Source: Eledone cirrhosa (taxonomy: Eukaryota). Taken from it: 64,000 nucleotides of DNA. The notes under the pieces were generated by a model. That model did not search any database and had not been told where the DNA came from. It saw nothing but the letters and a program-made list of their open reading frames with translations. Numbering within the stretch: the stretch's first letter is position 1; each line of letters begins with the position of its first letter. The stretch covers positions 241,304,001 to 241,368,000 of the forward strand of contig OZ024742.1 in assembly GCA_964016885.1 (NCBI GenBank). The letters run 5' to 3'. Shown piece after piece: positions 52,672 to 64,000 of this stretch. Made by a program: the position numbers and the translations under genes.

Positions 52672-55409
52672 GGTTCAGTCCTTCAAGTCATGGTTCACTT
52701 CGATCCTGTAAGTTTGTTCTATTTTCTCTGTTATTCAACCTTTTCGATTGAAATTTCGAAATCATTTTGAAGCTAAGTAAGCCAGTATTCTTGTTAGCTG
52801 GTTCATTAAGCTCCACTTGAAGCCCTTAGGGGACAAATCTGTGTTTGTCTTTGAAACACGCCTCAATTTTCTACGAAAATTAAGCTGGCGTACAAAAATA
52901 TTGTGTCCGCTAAACGGAACGGCGGGCTGTTCATAGAGTGAAACAGTAAAAATTCTGAAAACAATAACAGCAGCAACAGTAACAGCAAGAACAGCAGTAG
53001 CAGCAGCAGCAGCAGCGACCAAAATTCATGTGGTGAAAACAAAGCGGACTTTCCAGCTCTGCCAATGTTTACCACGCTGAATGGCGCCATCCCCACTACA
53101 ACGACGGTAGGCGCGACCACCACTGCTGAAACAACAGAAACTAAAAACAGCAGCAGCAACATAAATGATAACAACAAGACCACCACCACCACCACCACAG
53201 CAACAACTGAAGCAAAAAATAATAATAACAAAAATAACAATAACAACAACAACAGCAATAATAAGAATAACAACAACACCAACACCAGCGCAAATCCAAA
53301 TGTGTCATTTGCGAAAGCGTCGAACAAGAACGAAACTATTGAGGTTAGCCAGGAACAACTGAAGGAGGCCAGGTGAATGTTGAAAATAAAATGTTTACAG
53401 AGTCAGCCTCACTCCATCAAATACCATGCAACATCGGCAGCTATGTAAGGTATAATACCGTACAATTAGCAAAAAAACACGTCAAGTGGAACGGGCATTG
53501 AGTCCCAGATCCAAACGGCTTTGGGACATGTGTGGGCTCAGAAAACTCACATCATACGTGAACAAAGATGTGGGACCGTGGATGTGTTCTTTGGAACCCC
53601 AGAGGAAGCCAGAGAGCACTCCATGGCTCCACTAAAGGACGACGAGTTCACACTAGTCCCAAGTTACTGTGGACAAAGGCTCGTGAGAGTGAAGGAAATC
53701 CAGGTTCAACCGGCCATAGGAATTCCAGGGCTGATGGCTGCAGTCCTCGCCGACATCTAGGACTACACAAAGGTCATTGAGGTGATAAGAATAAAACAGG
53801 AGAACTTGTCCCGATCTGGAATGGAGCTCCCGATCCAGGCAGACCAGTAAAACATCCAGGATCTTCCAAAGGTGATAGACCTCGATGACGGCAGCCACCT
53901 CACCGTAATCGTTGTAGGTAGAAGACCAAGGTGCGTCGTTTGTGGCGATGGAATCCACCTAAAGGCTTTCTGCCCTCAGGGGATAGCTAAATAATTAAGG
54001 CCACCTCTCCTGCCTACCTCGCTTGCTCAACCAGAAAAAAACAGCAGCAGCAAATGTAGCAGCAACGATAGCAAGATCAACACCACCACCGCCCACCGCG
54101 CCAGAAGTAACACTAGCGCCACCACCATCCACCACGCCACAACCAAAACCAACGTATGTGGAGGACATTCCACTCCCCGATCTCTCACAACTGGAGACGG
54201 ATTGTGACAAGGAAGAGGGGTGGAAAACTGTATCTGTAAAAAAAGAGAAACCAGAAAAGAAAGAACCCTCTTCCATTCGCCCCCCCCCCCCCCCCCCCAA
54301 AAAAAAATAGAGTGCGAAACAAACAAACAAAAAATAAGAAAGTTGAGACAGCTACGCCACCATCACCCCGACGCACAACAGCATCATCAGCCCCATCGCC
54401 ACAAACACCAACACCATCACCATCACCAACCCCAACACCACCAATACCACAAAAGGCACCAACAAGCGAAACAGAAACAAACCCACACACGCCACCACAA
54501 CAAACGCAAACACAAAACGACCAAACCAAACACACTGAACAATTATTACACTACATCCAACACAACACTAGCATCACAGAGAAACACTACACAACGCTAG
54601 GTGGAGGGCTGGGCATGCCGTGGCTGATAAGGCGCAGACATGCGCTCAGGCTGCGGCATCACCACCCCTTCCTCGACGGTGGTCAGGTGTGGTCGCCGTT
54701 TGCTAGACGCGTTTTCACCCAGCTATCTTCTTGACGGAGCTGCAGTCCTGAGTCCGCGAAGACCGAGAGGGAGCGCTTGGATATTGGAATGTTTTCAGGC
54801 ACTCACAGTCCTCGACCAATCGGTTGATGCGGTCGGTGGAAAATCTACGCTTTCGTTCAGAGCCCAAGGGTTACTGACTTGTGGAGCTATGTCGAACAGC
54901 TGCTGTCGCGTGTAGGACGGATTCGGTTATCGACTGAGTCCATTGTGCAGATAACCCCGCCTTCTTCCTTTAAAGAAGTGGAAGGGCAGGCAGTTTTCAT
55001 CTGCCTGGTGGCCATGGCGAAAGAGATTGTGTGGTGGACAAAGTTGAAAGAGTTGAAGACGTACACTTTCCTCTTCGGCCAATCCCTGATGAACTTTTTC
55101 ATGTTTCACTTGAAGAGGAAAATCAGAGTGGCGAGGCAAGTGCTGTCTTCTAGTAAGTTTGTTGAAAGGTGGGTGAAAGTGGCGAGTCTGGTCTGAGTGA
55201 ACGGGCCCGCTCTGAGTATGCGCCTGTAGACTAAGGAGTGGGAAAAGTGAGAGAGGGCGCATTCCCTGGTGGTCAGGGTGGCCGTGGTCTTTTGTGTGGT
55301 TTTTACCACGAGTGACCCTCGGAGGTTTCCCCCTTCTTGGGGAATTTTTGTTGTTTGAATTTTTTTGGATTTCTAGCCCGATTTTGTTATAACCTGTTTA
55401 CACGACCAA
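52672..55409 (+). mobile_element. Tx1 copy F (D-type), most of ORF2 missing
   Basis: ORF1 remnants 53065-54598 resemble D ORF1 (TVDV-F-TP-EA--HS..LVPSYCG); jumps at about 54599 to GGLGMPWL; 54870-55409 is nearly identical to the D 3' region. Confidence 0.85.
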
Positions 55410-58400
55410 GTAACATAGAGTATAAAGCAAGAGGCAAACAGTTCGGTACCATCTCGGTACTATTCAAAACCGAGGCCCTCGCTATTAAGCACTCGGTGAC
55501 CCTCTGCAGAACGGAACGCATTATCATGCATCCGTCCTACATGGGTAAAAGGACAGTAAAGGTCCACATTCCCAGCATCCCTCCAGGAATGAACATATGG
55601 TGGCTGCTGGGATGCGTTATCAGGGAGGGGACAGACACTATTCTCCTGGATATCAAAAGGACAGAGAGAGAGGACTGGTCCGGAATAGATTTGGAGATTC
55701 TTCTCCAAATGAAACCGGAGGACATGAACAACATCCCGGATTTTGCCCGCCTGCAGGACGGGACAACAATCCAACTAATCATTGACGGAAGAAGGCCACG
55801 CTGCTTCGTCTGCGGGGAAGCAACGCATCTACAAGTCTTCTGCCCTCAGCGCAAAAATGCAGGGGGTCGCAAACCTCCTTTGTTGCCAACACCAGTGTCA
55901 GCACGGAAAGCTGCACCACCACCACCACCAAAAACAACACCAACATAGACACGGACACCAACATCAAAAACAGCCGGATCACCACCAACACCAAAACCAA
56001 TCCAAGGGGAAAACGAGGAAAGCTCCCCCCTCCCCAATTATACACATAGACAAAACAATAAACGCACACACAAACACAGAGACACTCACAGCCACATACC
56101 CTTTGTCTTCCAGCAGCGAAGATGAAGGAAAACCAAAAAGTGCAAAAATAACAGAGAAAACTCACAAAAAAAAAGCACCAACAAAACACAAAAACATGCA
56201 CAACAAAAAATACAGACACCACTAACGCAAACACTTCCCCAATAACATCACCACCAACAGCAACATCGACCCCCCCCCCCCCAATCCCCGAAACGCAAAC
56301 AACCTAAACAAACACAAATACAAATAAACACACAAATACCTGAAATTGCAGACACCACACATACAACAAACACAGACATACCCGAAACAACACCACCGAA
56401 ACCATCACCACCACAGTCACCAAAACGAAAAATAAAACCACACCTACAAAATGTTAAAAACTTCGTGCTTGTCAGAAGGGCCAACGATAAACTGATGGCC
56501 CTCTTAGCACGAAGCGAGGACATTCAAACAGAGGGGGAGATTTTTGAAATGAACACATTTTGCGTGCCAGAAGATTTGCTTCTGGTCCGAATGTCACTCG
56601 ATTCCTTCAAAGAAATTCGAGAGAGCTTTCCTCAAGACGTGGGAACCCCGAATGTGAAACCCACATCGAGACTGTTAAAGGGGTTCCCAAAAGAAACCCC
56701 ATCAACCATGGAGGTCGAACCACCCGACCTTCACAAGACCCCAGGAGGTAAGTAAACCTTCCCTCTCTCTCTTAGCTTACCAACATGGCCATATTAAGAG
56801 TAGGAAGTTTAAATATTCGCGGCCTGGGGTGTCCCTCGAAGCAGGGTCGCCTGCTCAACGACCTCAGGTCGCTGGAAATGGATGTGATTGCCGTCAGCCA
56901 GACCAGAATTTCCGACACGCGCGCACTAGCCCCCATTTTTGACGGACGACTATCAGATCTTCGCATCTGTTAGCAGGCCGGGAATGGGGGGTGGGGTGTC
57001 AGTGCTGTTTGGGAAAGGACTGAATCTCGAGGTAAGGTCGATCTTCCGGGACCCGGACGGTAAGTTGGTGGTCTTGGATGTGAGCAGTAGCGAAGGTGGT
57101 CCTTTAGACTGCTGGCCGTCTACGCCCCTACAGGGGCCGGGCGACCGGACTTCTTTAGGCGCCTGGAGACCTTTCTGGGTACGCCTCGCCCTTTACTGTT
57201 AGCGGGGGACTGGAATGGCATCTTACACGCACGCTGGGATTGTGTGGGAGTAGCCGATAGGAGCGGGGGGTGCAAAAGCCTCAAGCACCTACTCAGCCAG
57301 TTCCAACTGTCTGACAGGTATCGACTAGATTTCCCCAATGTGCCAGTTTGGACATGGACCAACCGAATGGGGTCATCTAGATCGTATATAGAGAGGATCT
57401 TCATTAGGAAAATAGATAGAAATAGTGTAGGCTGCCCACATTTTAAAACGGTCACCTATTCAGATCACAAATTTGTGATCTGTATAGTCGACCTAGATAA
57501 AACGTGTAGGTTAGGATCTGGTTTCTGGAAGCTGAACATGTCATTTCCGGCATATAAGGCTTACAGGGACCGGGTCAACAATTTAGTTAAGCAAAAGTTG
57601 ACAGCGGGATCGTCAACAACAGATGGTGGGGGGCTCTCAAAAGAGAGATTAGAGTAACTTCGATAGAGTTCAGCAAAGAACTAGCCTTAGAGAAAAATAG
57701 AAAGGATGGGGAGCTGGTAGATAAGTTAGACGAGGCTATTTGTAGTGGCATTGCAACTGACGTGCTAGCGGCGAGAATGGCATTAGACCATTTCTTCAAT
57801 GCGAAACACGAAGGTTGCATTGTCAGAGCTAAGGCGCGTGCGCTGAGAAACGAGGGAACCAAAGCTGTTCGATGGGCCCGCGTGACGGAGGCGCAGCGTG
57901 GTAATGAAACCACAATTCGGACTTTGGCGAACCGAGACGGACACGAGATAAGCGATTCCAAGTGGATGTGTGAGGCCTTTCGCCAGCACTTTGCTCGGTT
58001 GTTCGGGGAGAGTGGCGAGTCAGAGAGAGTAGCGGATTTCAGTCCCTACCTTGACGGCTTGCCGCGCATGTCGACGGTCGACGCTGAGCGCTGCGAAATG
58101 CCGATTACTTCAGCCGAAATTCAGGACACCCTTGTCGGCTGCATGAGGTGCAAGTCACCCGGTTTGAATGGCCTGCCCTACGAGCTTTACGTAAATATGC
58201 CAGACTTGTTCTCCGATCTCCTCGAAGCACTCTACTGCAACTGGCAGCAGAATGGGAGTATTCCCAGTTCTGTGAGCAGGGGAGTGGTGACGCTGATAAG
58301 GAAAGATGAGAACAAGAGGGATACATTAGACAACTTCAGACCCATAACTCTGCTCAACACAGAGTTTAAAATTTTGGCCAAGGTGTTAGCAAAGAGATTG

Positions 58401-60481
58401 GCGCTTGTCGTCAAGGATTTGATTGAGGAGGCGCAAACTTGCGCAATCCCAGCTAGGTCCATACAAAACAATCTCCACCTCATGCGATACATCATAGGGA
58501 GGGTAGGGTGTAAACCTGGCTTCGGTGGGGCACTGATCAATTTAGATCAATCGAAAGCATTCAATAGGGTCGACCATCGGTATCTGGAGTTTGTCCTCAA
58601 AGCAGCTGGCTTCGGCCCTGTCTTCAGAAGCTGGATCGCTGCAATGCACAGCGGCACACGTTCGGTGGTCAAGGTTAATGGCCACCTCTCGGAACCATTT
58701 CGGCTCTCCCGATCGGTCGGTCAAGGGTGCCTTGTCTCTTCCCTTCTGTACGTATTGACTCTCGAGCCTTTACTGCGGAAGCTGCAGCTGTTGCAGGGCA
58801 TCCCGATCGAACCAGGAAGTGGAAAGGCGGTGTCGGCTTATGCGGACGATATCACCGTGATGGTGTCGAACACCTCAGAAATCGAGGTGGTCGGCACTTT
58901 ATTGATAGAATATGAAAGGTTGACAGGAGCCAAACTTAACCCGGAAAAGTCGGTGGGCTTGCAGCTCGGAACCTGGAGAGGCAAGCCCATATCGTCCAAC
59001 AGCCTCGTGGGGCGCTGGACGGACGGACCGGTAAAGTTGCTCGGGGTTTGGTTCGGACCAGACCTCCAGGTGGAAAAGAATTGGGAAGGGGTAACGAACA
59101 GAGTAGCCAGTCTCACCCAAAAATGGGCTGGGAGGAAGCTATCGCGCAGGTGGCGAATGCGTACACCGCGTCCGTCATCTACTACAGCCTGACCCTCGTA
59201 CCTTGCCCTCGTCCGCGCCTCGTCAAGTTGGAACAGCTCCTCTTCAAATTCTTGTGGAGGGGACAAGTTCCGTTGGTGAGGCGGTCCATCTGCTTCCAGC
59301 ACCCTCTACGTGGAGGGCTGGGCATGCCGTGGCTAATGATGCGCAGACATGCGTTGAGCCTGCAACATCTCCAGATATTCTGCCTCAACGGTGAACAGGT
59401 GTGGTCGCCGTTTATCAAACAGGCCTTTCCGCAGCTCATTTCTTTGACTGAGCTGCAGTCCTGGGTCAAGAAGAGACCGAGACTGGGTGACTGGCACCTG
59501 GAATGTTGCCAGGCACTCACTGCCCTCTACCAAGCGGGCAATGCAATCAGTGGAACTTCCACTCTCGAGTTCTATAGAGGATTAGTGGTGGGCAAGTGCG
59601 ATGACGCACTCGGAGAAGCTTTGGGCCTCAACGAAGTCGAACTGACCAGTCTGTACCGGAGGACTTTCGAGCCGGGGACGATGGACAATTTCCAGAAATC
59701 CCTCGCTTGGCAGTGCTACCGGGGGGGGGGGGGGACTGGCGGTTTGGGATAAACTCTACAGGCACGGAAATGCTGTCAGATGGACCTGCCCAAGATACGC
59801 ACAGAACGACGAAACCGTTCTGCACGCACTTGTCCAATATCCGTGCATTACTGACTTGTGGAGTTATGTCGAACAGCTACTGTCGCGTGTGGAACGAATC
59901 CGGCTATCGGCCGAGTCCATAGTGAAGATCGACCCGCCGCCTTCCTTAGGTCAGGAAGAGCAGGAATTGTTCCTCTGTCTAGTGGCAGTTGCGAAAGAGA
60001 TTATATGGTGGACCAGGTTAAAAGGACTGAAGGCAGACACTTTTCTCTTCGGCCAATCCCACATCAACTTTTTCAAGTTTCACCTGGAAAGGAAGGTGAG
60101 GGTAGAGAGAGAAGTGCTGCCCCCAGTACATTTGCTAAAAGGTGGATGAATGTGGCGAGAATGGCTCGTGTGAATGGGCCTACTCTGACCATGCGCCTCT
60201 AGGCTACCTAACTTGAGGAGATGGGGTGCTCTCCCTGGGTGCCCTAGAAGCGCAGGGTGGTTCAGGATTGGTGGGGTACTTGAATCACCCCAGGGTCGTC
60301 CACCCCTATCGAGGAATTTATTTTGTTATATTTTTGTATATTTTATTTTATATTTTTATATCTTAATTGTCAAATTAGTCTTGCCATTGTGCACTTTTAC
60401 TCGACCTTATTGTAAACCTCCACTGTCCCTGTCTTTGTATTGTCCCCTACATGTCGGCCCTTGTGGCTAATAAATGAAATC
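55410..60481 (+). mobile_element. Tx1 copy G, 5' end lost, frameshifted
   Basis: ORF1 part with CFVCGEATHLQVFC; ORF2 56785-60202 with SAYADD; AATAAA at 60469-60474, then (ATT)n. Confidence 0.92.
56785..60202 (+). pseudogene. ORF2 of copy G, frameshifted
   Basis: Fragments 56785, 56939, 57244, 57762-59192, 59048-59752 and 59856-60149. Confidence 0.9.
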
Positions 60482-60503
60482 ATTATTATTATTATTATTA
60501 TTA

Positions 60504-60579
60504 GGGATCGATAGAATAAAGTACCAGTGGTACACTGGATAATTGCTGGCCTTGTGTCAAAAGCAGAAACAATTATTAT
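60504..60579 (+). mobile_element. Family 1 SINE 3' fragment directly after the (ATT)n tail of G
   Basis: GATAGAATAAAGTACCAG..GCTGGCCTTGTGTCAAAAGCAGAAACAATTATT. Confidence 0.8.
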
Positions 60580-62699
60580 GATATAGTTTTGTGGTACACC
60601 CGGAGTTTCGCACTGCAGCTTATTCAAAATAATATTTCGTCATTATTGAAAGAAGAAAAGAAAATCTTACAGGTTGAGTCAGTTATAAATATTTGAGGAG
60701 AAGGAAACTTATAAAAATCAATATCCTAATATATAAATAAAATAATTAATAAGGTATCGTAGGTAAGAGAAGATACAGTAAAACGCGAAAGACAACAACT
60801 GAAATTGAGAGGAAGGAAGAGAAGGAATGAAAGGGACAATGAAGAAATATGACACTGCTGGTATATAGGAGAGAAAAGAAACATTAAATAAATGTATAAC
60901 ATAAAAGGAAGGAACGAAAGAAAGATAATAAGAAAGAGAGAAAAAAGAAGGAAAAGGGGAGAAACTGAAATCATTGTGGCAGCTGGTTTTCTGTATTTGT
61001 ATCTTAATTTTTTATAATGTTAAGAGCGTATATGTTTATGAAGGGAGTTGAGAAGAAATCTGGCTTGAAAGAGAAAATAGAGGAAAATGAGAAAGTAAAT
61101 TAGAAACAGAATTGAGAATTTGTAAATGAAGAGTGTTAGATACTAGAAAGATGCTATATGTGTAATTAATTCGGAAAGAGTACCTTGTTTAATATTGGAT
61201 ACATAAAATCTTAGTGTATTTGATGGGTATTGGGAAAAGTGAGTGGAAGAAACACGTCGTAGGTTAACGGTGTTAGCTAAGATTAAACGATTTGATAAAA
61301 AAAAGAATGAAGGTGAAAATGAGAAAGATCGCTATAAAGCAAAATAAAGAAGAAAAAAACCCATTAAAGTATGATGCAGTAGAATGAACCGAAGCGGAGT
61401 AGAATTATTTGCAATATGCAGTTGAGAAATATAAAGAGTGCTGCCGATATTGAGACAAGTATGGACATGGCACGACAGTTCTTCAAAGCCTTATATTTGT
61501 AATGAAATACTTTGGAACATCATATATTTATTAGAGCGTATTTGACATCAAATTCGAGAGATTTTTTTAAGGATCAAAGGATTTCGGAGAATTAAAAAAC
61601 AACACCAAAGAAATCAAAGAATTTCAAAGAAATTCTACTCATACATATATGATGTTTTCGGCGTTTAGATAAGAAGATGTTTTACAAATACATTTATTTT
61701 GGTGGTAACAAGGCATGCCAAGTTGGTTCCTCGATATCAACGAAGTAACAGCAAATTCTACTACTGACCACAATATAAACTATTCTAGACACTAAATATA
61801 TTGCTCTCGAGAACTGGGGCTGGCTGAATGAAATATTAACAGTACCATATAGAAAACATTCTGGCATGCATGTTGATACTAAGGATGAAATTGTTGCCAA
61901 ACTATAAAGCATTAAACTTCTATTATAATATCGGAAATATCTTGTACTTCAGCGGTAATATGAAACTCCGTTCTTTTTTTGTTGTAATTGTTAAATAATA
62001 AACTCTACTTTATGTATTGAATGATGGCTGCCTCCTCGTTATTGAGTATGGCCGTTGCACGATATACCATTATTAATTAATTATTAATTAATTCTATCGT
62101 GCAATGTATGTGCGTGAAGATATTTTTTAAAGTGAGGAAAGACTGTGCACTGAGCCAATCCCACTCTCTGAGCGACAGTAGCTATAACCCGAAAAGATCC
62201 ACAGCATCGGTAACTGCTGAGCCGCAGATTTTATATCGGAGTTATCCCAGTTTCCTGAGTTCCTGACAAATGCTAGAGGTCCTTCACTCCCGGTGGTTTA
62301 CCGCGTGATCTGGTGTCCAGCCCGACTATTTCTATGTCCCCGCGCATATACATACCCATGCACCTATGTATATACACATATACATACATATGTACATGTG
62401 TATATACATATTTACACAATTTTGGATAGCCATTGATTTTTATGAGTTCTTCCGCCCTTTGTCAGGTTGGTTTTGTTCTTTGTCCTGTAGGGTGTCCAAA
62501 ATCCCCCTCCTCACCAAGTAAACTTGGTGGGGCTGTTGGTCTAGTCGCCGACGACCCGACCATGCGACAGGTTGTATTGAATACCCTCTTACTATGTATG
62601 ATTGTAAATATATATATATATATATATTAGTAAAACACTTGTGGGTTATATCCGTAATATTAGAGCACTCAGTCCATGGGACGAGTTTGGTAGAAGTAG

Positions 62700-63970
62700 T
62701 TCCACAACAGTTAATTCACCATTTGCTAGAACAATTGCACATTGCCGGAAAACCCTTCTCTTCAACAATGGTGTAGCCTGGACAAAGAAATCAACTACTT
62801 CAGAACTCTTCGACATATCAATGGGATCATTCGATAGTGCTGATATATGCGACACGGTTGGCTTATTTATATTAGATACTTTGCGAACTAGATTCCCGGA
62901 CTTCCACTCGGGCTTATACTGCGACGATGGTCTGACCCCATCGAGTCATAAAAGTGATCACGATCTGGACCTTTTTAAAAAAAGATTTAATTGCAACATT
63001 TAATGAGTTAGCGCTTAGGATCACAGTAGCTACTAATCTTACTAGCGTAGATAACTTAGACATAAATTTAGGTCTTCGCACACATATCTTTAGACTCTTC
63101 CATAAACTAAATGAAAGCCTAAATTACATACACTCATGCCACCCAACTACAGTTTTTAGAAACTTTATGAAAAATATCGGCACTAGAATCTCTAACCTCT
63201 GTTCTAATCAAACAATCTTTGACAGAGCGGCACCCTATTACAAGGCGGCGTTAGCTAACAGCGGCTTCTCACAACCAGTTGCTTACTCCCCTCCTAGCGC
63301 CAACAACAATAGAAAAGGAAATCGTACTAACAGAAAAATAATTTGGTTCTTCTCCCTTCTCACTCAACGTTAAACGAATGTAGGTAAAAGACTTTTAGCT
63401 CTCTTAGATAGGCACTTACCCATAGGTCATAAATGCCGCTCCATCTTTAACAGACACATGGTGAAACTAGGATATTCCTGTGCTAAGAATATGAAGGCCC
63501 ACATCACCAAAAACCCTAAGAGCAGAACCCCACCAGGTTGCTTGTCCCCTTCAACAACAGTGCAACACATCCGCTGCAATTTACGAAGCTGTAGTCACTT
63601 CTAACCGACCAAATCAACAAGAAGCGGTCAAGTTCTACATAGGTATGGCGGAAGACCGGTTTAAAGAATGCTTCCTGAATCATCTGTCGACATTCAGAGA
63701 TCCGGACAAACGATCGTCCACGAAGCTCGCAAGCCACATATGATCCTTCAAGGATGCAGCCGTGGATTATTTCATTCAATGGAAAGTTATTATAAAGTCT
63801 AAGCCATACTAAAATGGGAACCCGTCTTGTAGGTTTTGCATTGAAGAAAGTATCAATATCATGAGGAGATTGCGTAATAGCGCTTGTCTAAATACAAGGA
63901 ATGAAATTTTCTCGCGTTGTCCACACGTTTCGAAACACCTATTACGTAATTTCAAAGCACCAGACTGACT
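62700..63970 (+). mobile_element. Penelope-like retroelement (RT + GIY-YIG), 5'-truncated and decayed; Naiad-like motifs
   Basis: LFDISMGSFDSADICDTVGL, GLYCDDGL, RKIIWF, IYEAVVT..YIGMAEDRFK, CRFCIEE, NEIFSRCPH across frameshifts. Clade label is from motif recall. Confidence 0.82.
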
Positions 63971-64000
63971 ACACGACGTAATAACTGGACTGAATAACAT

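Noticed and set aside
56758-56775. Pyrimidine tract plus TAG as a splice acceptor for a subgenomic ORF2 mRNA
   Set aside because: The AG is present only in G, not in B, C or D.
60600-62150. Host exon in the AT-rich stretch
   Set aside because: Only short low-information ORFs; no recognisable protein or exon structure.
62641-63970. Selenocysteine recoding in the Penelope-like ORF
   Set aside because: The copy is too decayed; no conserved in-frame TGA or SECIS could be supported.

Overview
Repeat-dominated eukaryotic intergenic DNA; no host protein-coding gene could be supported. The SINE types suggest an octopod/coleoid cephalopod (inference). Three zones: (1) 1.3-18.6 kb, a cluster of Tx1/L1-clade non-LTR retrotransposons (ORF1 zinc knuckle; ORF2 APE endonuclease-RT-CCHC) bounded by (TATC)n, including one apparently intact copy at 12763-18475 (-); (2) 18.6-44 kb, micro/minisatellites, tRNA-derived SINEs, RTE fragments, DNA-transposon remnants and many (TA)n-flanked fold-back elements carrying type I hammerhead ribozyme motifs (Penelope-like relics); (3) 44-60.5 kb, a second Tx1 cluster bounded by (ATT)n, then a decayed Penelope-like RT/GIY-YIG element. 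Main findings: two Tx1 groups end in and sit in different microsatellites and stack head-to-tail; a frame-independent AGGTAAGT/hairpin motif at every ORF1-ORF2 junction; a SINE sharing the Tx1 3' end; an exact 87-bp inverted copy of ORF2 inside an element's own tail; and the hammerhead fold-backs. All alignments and folds were made by eye, so boundaries are approximate.
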